Shown here in pieces: positions 54,117 through 64,000 of a stretch of DNA of 64,000 bases (the first letter of the stretch is position 1; each line of letters opens with the position of its first letter). This DNA comes from Octopus sinensis. Taxonomy: Eukaryota. Made by a program: the position numbers and the translations under genes. Where the stretch lies: NCBI RefSeq assembly GCF_006345805.1, contig NC_043003.1, forward strand, positions 115,134,001 to 115,198,000. The letters run 5' to 3'. Under the pieces are notes generated by a model. It was given only the letters and a program-made list of their open reading frames with translations. It was not told the DNA's origin and searched no databases.

Positions 54117-54891
54117 TTCATATATATATATATATATCTATATATATCATTATAATTCCGATACGCACTCTATCCCCCTTTATTCTTTCTATGAATCTCC
54201 CTCTATTGTTCTTTTTCCTTTCTGCTTTTCTCTCCCACCCTTTCCCTATTTTACTCGTCTCCCTTTCACCGTTCTCTCTCTCTCACTCTTCCTTCTTGAC
54301 TTTCTCGTTGCCCACACGTGACCAATGGCTATCCATCTTTCTTTCTTCCACTTCCTTCTTAAACCAAGACATGCTTTTAACTGTCTCTCCTCAAGGCTTG
54401 TTTTTAAAAGCCTTCACTACTTCACATCGTCTTGGCTTAACAGTCCTCACCGTTTGTCTTTACTGTTTTTTTCTTACTGTACTGTTTTTGTTACCACTTT
54501 TACCCCTCCGCAAAAAATTCCAAATTCTATTTAATTTCCTTTGCGGGAAGTACTGTTTTAACGAAGCCGCGTCTTGTCCCTACCTTCGAAACGCAGATTA
54601 GATAACTCAGGGGAGAACTGATGAAGGGAATGTTCTTTATGTTGCCTGTCTCGTTCCTCTATTTTTCTTTCGTTGTTCGAAAAAAGTTTGTTTTCTATGT
54701 TTTTCTTTTTTATGTTCTTGTTTGTCATTTTGTTGAGATTTTTTTATGCCCTGAACCCATATATGCAAGTATATATACATATATATGTAGGTATGTACAT
54801 ACATATATGTAAAAAATGCATATGTTTATCTATTATTTATACATATGTATGAATTTTTATACATATATATATATATATATATAATATATAT

Positions 54892-54974
<83 letters not shown>

Positions 54975-55029
54975 ATATATATATATATTTGTGTATGATA
55001 TATAGACACACGCACATTGGCGGGGTGGC

Positions 55030-55072
<43 letters not shown>

Positions 55073-55693
55073 TGTTCATTCTTATCATTGAGAAATGGTT
55101 AGAATATGCTTCTCTGTGGAGCTCCATGAGAAAACCTAGCTTTCACCACTCGGACTTCAATGACACATTCATTCTCACTGGCCTTGTTTCTCTAGCTTGC
55201 GGAAATTCCAATTAATTAACACTTTTATAACACTCTTGTTTGCATACGGAGGTTATTAACACTTCTAGCGGGAATTTTTTTTTCTCCTAATTGCACTGAT
55301 AGTTTCAATTAATCGAATATTTTTTCATCACCCAATATTTCATATCTCAGACACGACCGTATCAATATTTAGCATGCAGAACACTCCCTTTAGCAACTTT
55401 GCCTCGAACCTATCGTTAATATTCATAATGAGCGTCACAAGATACCCTCAAGACATATTGTAAGCACAGTTTGTTGTGTAGTTAGTTGGGTGAATCAATA
55501 TTACGGTGCAGTTATGTATATATTATCAACTTTCTTCCGACGCGACGAAAATCATTATTGCGATGTTAGAAATATAAATTTGGTATAAGTTACCGATCTC
55601 ATCAAATCGATTTTCTTATCGCACAGCCACGGTTTACTAGAGTGGAAATACATTGAAAATGAGAACGTGATTATTATACATACATGCATATAC

Positions 55694-55769
<76 letters not shown>

Positions 55770-55844
55770 TATATAATATATAATATATATATATATTATA
55801 TATATATACATATATATACATATACATATATATATATATATGTA

Positions 55845-56347
55845 TAGCACATATTTCGCCTTAATGTACTGATATATGAAAAATATATGGCTTGTGTTAG
55901 TAATACCAGCGATTATAATTATTTTTATTTTATCGCAATTTGATTTGTTTACATATTTCTCGATAAATTATGAGCGCCAGGCGATATACCAGAATTCCCT
56001 AGTTTTGTCGGGACGTTCGGAGTCTGCGCAGTGATATGATTAGTTAGGGAGAGTAAATCATTAGAAGCACATGCTTCTAGTGAGTTAGGATCCCAGAAAA
56101 ACAGGGTCTCACTGAAGAATTCTCCCTGAGCAAATAAATTATCTTTATTGCTGAAAAGAAAGAAACTGCAGTCTGAGAATTACCGGTTTAGTAAATGTTT
56201 TTATCTTCATTTCACTTAATTTATCAAGCTTCTGTATTCCTAGCACATATTTCGCCTTAATGTACTGATATATGAAAAATATATGGCTTGTGTTAGTAAT
56301 ACCAGCGATTATAATTATTTTTATTTTATCGCAATTTGATTTGTTTA
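55845..56347 (+). mobile_element. 396-bp HHR-containing unit with exact 107-bp terminal redundancy (retrozyme-like)
   Basis: 55845-55951 identical to 56241-56347; (TA)n on both sides; HHR at 56107-56178. Confidence 0.75.
56107..56178 (+). ncRNA. Type I hammerhead ribozyme motif
   Basis: Stem I tctca/tgaga; CTGAAGA 56112-56118; stem II ttct/agaa, agc/gct, aataaa/tttatt; GAAAC 56162-56166; palindromic stem III actgcagt; GUC, predicted cut after C56173. Confidence 0.75.
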
Positions 56348-56375
56348 TATATATATATATACAAACATAATGTCT

Positions 56376-56409
<34 letters not shown>

Positions 56410-57041
56410 ATGTATTTGGGATATATTGAAATTGTTGCCTTGTTAAAAAATAACAGACTCGGTCGAAAACCAAAAAGGAAACAATGCAATTAACATGTGA
56501 CACTGGTTCTTAACTCTTTCCAGAGGATAAAGGATTCATACGTTAGATTATCAGGTGAGAGCTGTTGCTGTATTTCTTTGGGCGGGGAGCGGGATTTTGA
56601 TCAAGTTAACGGTGAACTTTTAAAAAATAGACACGAGAATTATATCCTACAAGAAGAAAGAACGCAATCCACGGATTAGTTAGTTATTTATTCCTTGAAT
56701 TCTACTGAAAATAGAATCAAGCACCATGTATATGCGATGTTTTGTTTGATGTATTTTAAATATATTTGAGAACTTTTGTCGGATGCCCTGTTCTTGCCGA
56801 TAAATATATCTCGCTTTTCTTTTATTACATACGTGTGCTTTTCCAAGTTCAATATCCAGCAATGCCTACTGTGTATTTTTTTAACATTCCGATTTCGAAA
56901 AATGAATAACTTTATATTTTTGTCAACATCTTCAAATATGGCCTTGTCCATAATATCAGGTATGATGTACTTTGTGACAATAGCAGTCAAAACCTGACTC
57001 TAAAACCACTTTAAATGTTCCTATATATATATATATTATAT

Positions 57042-57086
<45 letters not shown>

Positions 57087-57090
<4 letters not shown>

Positions 57091-57679
57091 CAAAATCAAG
57101 GAACGGCCATAATAGGCCATTCACCCACTAGAAATAATAGCCAAAGCTTCAACCGCAAAACAACATTAATTCCGCAAACCAGGAGAAAATTAAAAAAACA
57201 TTTACCCTGTAGTTCCTTATACGATGCACCGTTTCATCTATTGTTTAATGGTAAACCAACCTGATTAAATTAAATCAAGCTAGTCTTCCATAGGCCGATA
57301 GATTCGTCAGTAAAGAACAGCCAGATCGGAGCAGATATTTACACGAGGCACTTCTATCACTGTCTCGGCAATATCTGACCTAAAATTTTCAAATCATCAC
57401 ACTCGCGCCAAATTTATCGGCAGCAAATATAAGCCGCCGATCTGGCTGTTCTTTACTGACGAATCTATCGGCCTATGGAAGACTAGCTTGATTTAATTTA
57501 ATCAGGTTGGTTTACCATTAAACAATAGATGAAACGGTGCATCGTATAAGGAACTACAGAGTAAATGTTTTTTTAATTTTCTCCTGGTTTGCGGAATTAA
57601 TGTTGTTTTGCGGTTGAAGCTTTGGCTGTTATTTCTAGTGGGTGAATGGCCTATTATGGCCGTTCCTTGATTTTGCTGT
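57087..57679. mobile_element. Head-to-head palindrome (243-bp arms, 107-bp spacer) with a hammerhead in each arm
   Basis: 57087-57329 vs 57437-57679 inverted, 2 mismatches seen; left flank (TA)n. Confidence 0.85.
57448..57554 (+). ncRNA. Type I hammerhead ribozyme motif (mirror copy 57212-57318, minus strand)
   Basis: Stem I gttcttta/taaggaac; CTGACGA 57456-57462; stem II atctat/atagat; GAAAC 57531-57535; near-palindromic stem III acggtgcatcgt; GUA, predicted cut after A57546. Confidence 0.8.
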
Positions 57680-57773
57680 TGAATGTATAAATGGTCTATG
57701 ACTATTTAATTTTTTCCCACTAGGCCGCTGGTGGCAAAAAAATTCTACGAAATTTTTTGCCACCCTATATTGA

Positions 57774-57855
<82 letters not shown>

Positions 57856-57896
57856 GTCTGGAGAGGGTCATTCTGTGTTAATGCCTTATTGCTTAA

Positions 57897-58040
57897 CACA
57901 CTCACCGGTTCCACTCATTTACTTTATTTTTTCTAAAATTGTCCTTGCTTCTTGCAACCCCTGGATAAGGAAATTTGAGAAAATGGAAATAAATATCTAA
58001 ATGAATATGTAAAGGAGTGGAAATCGAACCGGTGAGTGTG
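57897..58040. mobile_element. 144-bp TTAA-flanked MITE (piggyBac-like TSD)
   Basis: TTAA|cacactcaccggttc ... gaaccggtgagtgtg|TTAA; the same terminus recurs at ~52783-52798. Confidence 0.7.
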
Positions 58041-58056
58041 TTAATTAATATATATA

Positions 58057-58102
<46 letters not shown>

Positions 58103-58104
58103 TA

Positions 58105-58381
<277 letters not shown>

Positions 58382-58382
<1 letters not shown>

Positions 58383-59115
58383 GCCTCTTGTAGTTTCTTC
58401 GTGTGTTAGCATCCAATCCTTAGATGTTTCAGAATATTTGGCCAGTTCAGATGTAGTGTTTTATGAGAGAGTTCAAATTGAACCAAGCCTCGAACTCCTT
58501 GAGCACTGGGAAGGAGAAATGAATTCACGTCTGACTTGGGGGGGGACATCTTATTATAAGTCAGTAGCTTACGTATATTTCTATCAATTTTCTTTATGTC
58601 ACTTACATTCCAATTCAGCACATTGAATCTATAATTACCAACACTAACTTCTAAAATACGTGTATTTAACTCAGATTTTAGGACTGCACGAAATCTCCTA
58701 TAACATTCATTCATAATCTTCCCTTTCATCGTTGCATACTTAATGCCAGAGCTTTCATTTATTCCAAGGTATTTGTAAGGTTGTTCTTGCTCACATTCAT
58801 TTATAACTGTATCAACACCATTGGCTTTCATGGAAATTTCCCTTGGCACATTTATGAAGACCAGACTCCGCCCCGATGTAATCACTGAATGCTTTCACAG
58901 TACGTATTAGGCCGCCGTCAAGCTCATTATTGTCTTTCCGATAGCGTTTTAAGCCATCCTTATTTTTTTGTTCTCAATTTATACCCGTACATCGACTTCT
59001 TAAGTCCACCTGTAAGGGATACTGGAGGTACGCAAGAAATTAGAGGTAAAAGTGAAAAACCTTGGAAAATTCCAGAATTGGTGTTAATTGTTTGATGCCA
59101 GTCGCCCATAGGTAT
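58382..59115 (-). pseudogene. R4/Dong-type RT/thumb fragment, third lineage, abutting (TAA)n
   Basis: GIFQG, PYKYLGINE, ECYRRFRAVLKSELN, LNWNVSDIKKIDRNIRKLLT..PKSDV..GVRGL. Confidence 0.7.
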
Positions 59116-59691
59116 GATATAACTGGAAATTCGTATCTGACGATGACATATTATGCTTCTCCGCAGCTCGTCTCTTTCAGTGAGCTGCAATCTTGAGTCA
59201 AGCGCAAACCGTGACTGGGCGTCTGGCACCTTGTGTGTCGCCAAGCGCTCATGCACCTCAGGCAGTCTGACAATGATGTTAGCAGAAGCTCTACTATGGC
59301 TATGTATTGAGGGTTAGTGTTGAAAGGAAACGACAAAGTTCTTGGGGAGACTCTAGGCGTCCATGAATTTCAACTAGCGTTGAAATTATTGTTGTCGTTA
59401 CTGTTACATTCTATACTATTAAATTAACATTTGATTGAATCTCATACCTCCACTTCTATATATGGTGTCTGTCCCATCTAACACATCAGCTGAAGTTTAA
59501 TACAAGGGACATTATTCAATCGTTTATACCAAAACTGCGAATTTCTGAAATTTCTTCTGGGAATGACGCTGAAAATCAAGGATTCCCTGTCTAAACGAAC
59601 CGATTAATATTAACTTTCTCAACGATGATGCGGAATACGATAGATTGTTGTAGTTGTAGATATACATTAGTAAGGTTATAGTACACTGCTT

Positions 59692-60119
59692 AGATCTTTT
59701 CGGTTTGAACGGCAGTTATTTCTAGCGGTGTCATATGAAATTGTCACCCATAATTATTACCCTTGTATCGATCTATTGCATTTCAATCTATATTAGGGTT
59801 AGGGTTAGTTAGGAGTGGTGGTGGGGAAAGGGTATCTTTGTTTCTTCACAAATGTAAATAAACCCAATCTGTTTCTTAAACGGGGGACATATTCATACGG
59901 CACAGAATGTTTTTTTTACCTCAATAGACGTCAGTGATTGGTTGAAATTGCAGAAATTGAAGAAAAAAAACAACAAATATCTTACAAACTATAGAATTTT
60001 CTCAATAAAACCAAGAGAAAAAGATGTTTTATAAACACATTCTACTAGTATACGAATTTTAAAATTTTTTAGTTACCTAGAAACTATGTTAAAAACTGCC
60101 GTTCAAACCGAAAAGATCC
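59692..60119 (+). mobile_element. GGATC-TIR MITE, copy 3
   Basis: Flanked by cactgctt(a) direct repeats at 59684 and 60120. Confidence 0.85.
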
Positions 60120-61080
60120 CACTGCTTATATATACAACAAATCAGTTGCTGATATTTAAAGCATCAGTAACTGGTTTGACAGTGGCAGATCGGAGTCGAT
60201 TTGGTTGACGTTACGTGTTGGTTATTGCACAAGGAATGCATGCACCTGTAAAAGAACGCATTCTATAGGCAACAAGCAATTCATTTAACATTGAAAATAA
60301 AAGTTTAATCACAAATTTCATACACTAAAATAAATATTGAAATCATACCACAATGCACAAATAATATGAAATGCATGAAGGTAACTATAATTCACGTATT
60401 ATAGAAATTTTGTACAAACTTTAATTATTTTATAGATCTTCTCTTTACCTGATTTCGCTTCTAATTCTCTCTCTGCCGGTGAAGTGTATTCAATGCGTCT
60501 CTTCAAAAACCTCTTGAAACCAAACTGTCTATTGCTCTATTGTTGTTCTGCTTGCTTTTCCTATTGATATATATTTGTTTGTTTTTAAGAAAATTACCTT
60601 AAGATATTTTTTTTTTTTTCATAAATAACATAAATTATTGTCATATATAATCATATTTATATCATGATCATCATCGTTATTTCAATGATTATACCCATTA
60701 AAAACAACCTATCATAATAATTGTATTATTGTTGCTATCATTGCTGTCGTTTTACTCCCTCTGTTTTATCCAGCTATTATAATTGTTCTTATCAATAATG
60801 TATTTCTTTACAATATCTGCTTTCCATCATATCAGACATAATATTGTTATATTTCATTCACACTCACTGATTTACTTCAAGAAAATCTGTTTTCTCTTTT
60901 AGCTTCAATTTATTATTCATGAGTTTTTTTAGTTGTTTGTTATTCAGTGTTTGTTGTTTTTAATTTCATTCTCATATTTTCTCTTGTTTTTCTTTGCCGT
61001 CACAATTATAGTATATTTCTTTCAATGCTTCTTCTTTATCATTATACATTGTTGTTTTGTACTAATTGTAAAATTGTATG

Positions 61081-61117
<37 letters not shown>

Positions 61118-61333
61118 TTTCACGTGTGTCTATGCAAATTTAAAATAGTATTAGGATCTCCTGAAAGAAACGACATCTTTTCGAGTGCTCACACTCGTCC
61201 ACAAAGGAGTAAGTTCTCCTGGTATCGATAAAATGTACCATGGCATTTTATATTGAGCATATATATACTTAAATGGTGTCAGGTCTTACAAATTACATTC
61301 CCCTTCATTACAGTTCATATTAATATGTCACGT

Positions 61334-61652
61334 GATGGCACGGGGCCTAGTGGTTAGGGTATTCGGCTCACGATCGTAATGTCGTGAGTTCAATTCCCGG
61401 CGACGCTTCCTTGAGCAAGACACTTTATTTCACGTTGATCCAGTCCACGCAGCTGGAAAAAAATTAGTTGTACCTGTATTTCAAAAGGCCACCTTGTCAC
61501 ACTTTGTGTCACGCTGAATCTTCCTGAGAAGTACGTTAAGGGTACACGTGTCTCTGGAGTGCTCAGCCACTTGCACGTTAATTTTACGAGTAAGCTGTTC
61601 CGATGATCGTATCAGCTGGGACCCTCGTCGTCGTAAACGACGGAGTGCTCCT
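61334..61652 (+). mobile_element. tRNA-derived SINE: CORE-like body with family C tail
   Basis: A box ggcctagtggttagg, B box gagttcaattccc, ccttgagcaagacactt motif, tail homologous to 12282-12471. Confidence 0.8.
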
Positions 61653-61949
61653 ACTCTGTCATAGCAAGAGCATGGGCACACATGGCTTCCGTTTGATTTT
61701 TCCTTATGTGTACAAACTAGGGCGGAATGCTTCTGCCCGAGGCATCCACCAACCATTTGTTGAAGGCATGGTTACAATTTGCTCAGTACCGTATTGGTTT
61801 CTGAGGTTTCGGCGAGAGACTAGATTCTTAAAAATCGTTTCCACGAAGGAATCGAGCCTTTAAGGATGACCTGCTAAGAGATGTAAACACTCGAATACTT
61901 GTTCATAGGATCGTAAGAGTAATGGGAACAAGCAAATCAAATATCTCTA

Positions 61950-62703
61950 CTCGTTTGGAATTGTAAAAATAAAAAAAATATATGGATATTAGCGTTCCAC
62001 ATGACCTGGAAAATGGTCGTTCCGAGATCTGCTTCATCTTGTTGGCGAGAAATTAAAATGCTCCATTTATTGAACTGATCAACAATAAGGAAAGATTTGC
62101 AATGTGACTTGACAAATACAAATCACTGAAGCATTTTCAGAAGACTGAGTTCCTTAAAAATAAGTGCATGGGTGGAGTATGTTGGGCTGCATCGGGAGTT
62201 ATCCATTGTAACTTCATCAATGCAGGATAAACAATCACAGTTGAGAAATAGGGCCAATTGTTACATGAAATTTATAAGGTGTACGAAATGCAGCCAGAGT
62301 TGTTCATTCGCAAAGGACCTGTTTTTTCATCATGAAACGCCCATGCACATGTGTCAAGAACGACACTTACAAACTTAATTGATTTGGAAATCGAAGTTTT
62401 GCTTTATTCATCGTATTTTCCTGACATATCTCCAACCGACTTCAGTTTGCAAACGCCTTAGCAGCTTCATAACAAATAAATGGTTACAAAACTAGACAGA
62501 TGCAAAAGAATCTTATAGGAAGTTTATTGAGTCTAGAGGATCTCATTTTTACGGTAAGAAGATAAATGACCGTATAATATGGCGGCAAAGATGCATTGTC
62601 ATTTGGAAATTACTTGGATTAAACTTGCTATCAACTGTTTTGTCTCCATTTTAAAACTTGGGCCTTGAAAGTACAATTAATTTCTAGTGTTCCAACTACA
62701 ATA
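61950..62703 (+). pseudogene. Decayed mariner transposase (DD34D region)
   Basis: VPHDL (WVPHEL), VCW..SGVIH, H(D)NA.AH (HDNARPH), YFPDISPTDF (YSPDLAPSD) across stops and frameshifts. Confidence 0.75.
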
Positions 62704-64000
62704 ATATGTACAAATAGTTTATGTTTAAATCACACTCTACTGTATTCGAAACATTCGTATCGCTGCCGGTTGAGCAAATATCCTACACTTTTCTATTCCA
62801 AAGTTGAATTAAATTTCATCCATGATATTCTAGGGCTAAGAGAACAAAAGTTCTTGTATTTTGACTTTTCAAATGTAACCAACTGTAGAAAACAATTCTA
62901 GGTGAAGCAGCGAGATAGTATTGAAGGGAATTCCTTCTTTTGAGCTGCTGTTATTAATTTTTCCGGCAATTATAGCTACTCTTGGTGTAATAACTGACAA
63001 CCGGATATTAATAATTTAACTTTAAACCATTTTCCGGACGGTGACATCGATCAATCGTCTATACGAAATCTCCATCCCGACCAAATTTAAGCAGTGTAAT
63101 GTCTTCAAACGTTTTTTTTTTTTGCGTCATAAAGGCATGTCGTTGATTGGGTAAACACCATACTTATAAGAGGTTGAAGCAAGTGACAAATGGTAAATTG
63201 CTATGTACACATTCAAAGAGAGAAATTGTACTTGCCATGGGTTTCTCCTTGAAAATCATGATCGACACATTCTATGAACAAATCGATACCAATTCATAAA
63301 CACATGTTAAACATCGGATATGTTATCTATACTTTTTTCTGTAATGGAAATATCAGAGGAGCTGGTGAATTTGGGAAAATCATACTTCTCGAATGTAGAT
63401 TAAAATTTAACATAAAGATCAATACAAATAAAACTAAAGGAAGAAGATGATTTTTTCCACATAACCGAAGACAAACGAATTGTCGGTTTCGTATACACGA
63501 AACGCAAAATAAACGGATTCTGTGATTACACATACAGATATGAAGAATGTCACTATTAACATTTCTACTTAGCAGAACTTTTAAATTTTCACAGCAAAAC
63601 TAAATAACTCAATAAATAAATAAAAACTAGATAAAGAAACTCGCAGAATAAATGAGAATCAGTATTGAGTATCGTAATATATTAATCGATGACCCAGAAA
63701 CACAGACAAAGCAAACACTATTTCAGACACAAACCCCATTAATATTACATCAACACATACCACTTTACAAAATATTTATCGGAAACTCTTTTTAACCAAT
63801 ACAAACTACATGACCGATTTCGATCACTTATCATAAATAATAAATTTGAAAATGACTACAAAACAACTTCTAATTAATAGCGGTGGAAGCATGACATTTA
63901 TGAACGCGATTGAAAATCCAAATCTTTTAGCATTACAAATCCTTAGCATTGAAGTCTCGATGTGTTTACGGCCAGAGGACTTGATTGGAAGAAAGCTAAA

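Noticed and set aside
54570-54690. CTGATGA-containing dispersed repeat (homolog on the minus strand at ~29620-29700)
   Set aside because: No GAAA/stem III/NUH in register after stem II, so no hammerhead fold could be built.
56480-57010. Possible PLE N-terminal ORF remnant on the minus strand next to the 57087 palindrome
   Set aside because: Similarity is only impressionistic with many stops; needs a tBLASTn/HMM search.

Overview
AT-rich, microsatellite-saturated animal genomic DNA. The SINE families and repeat landscape look like a coleoid cephalopod, most likely Octopus (inferred, not verified). I could not support any intact host protein-coding gene, and most ORFs in the track are translations of simple repeats. 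Recognisable content: tRNA-derived SINEs with swappable modules; R4/Dong-type RT-RLE LINE fragments, most of them abutting (TAA)n arrays, one with a near-intact RT-to-RLE frame; an RTE-like APE fragment; Penelope-like (PLE) GIY-YIG remnants; a non-autonomous Helitron; several MITEs; and a decayed mariner. The main finding is seven different sequence families carrying type I hammerhead ribozyme (HHR) motifs with a minimal, self-complementary stem III. Five are head-to-head palindromes with one ribozyme pointing outward on each strand (1075-1341, 10707-10998, 15802-16193, 23939-24470, 57087-57679). One follows a PLE endonuclease ORF (7560-7656). One lies in a 396-bp unit with an exact 107-bp terminal redundancy (55845-56347), which is retrozyme/circRNA-like. 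The 23939 family has a swapped G3:C8 core (GUGAACA). All folds were done by eye and activity is untested.
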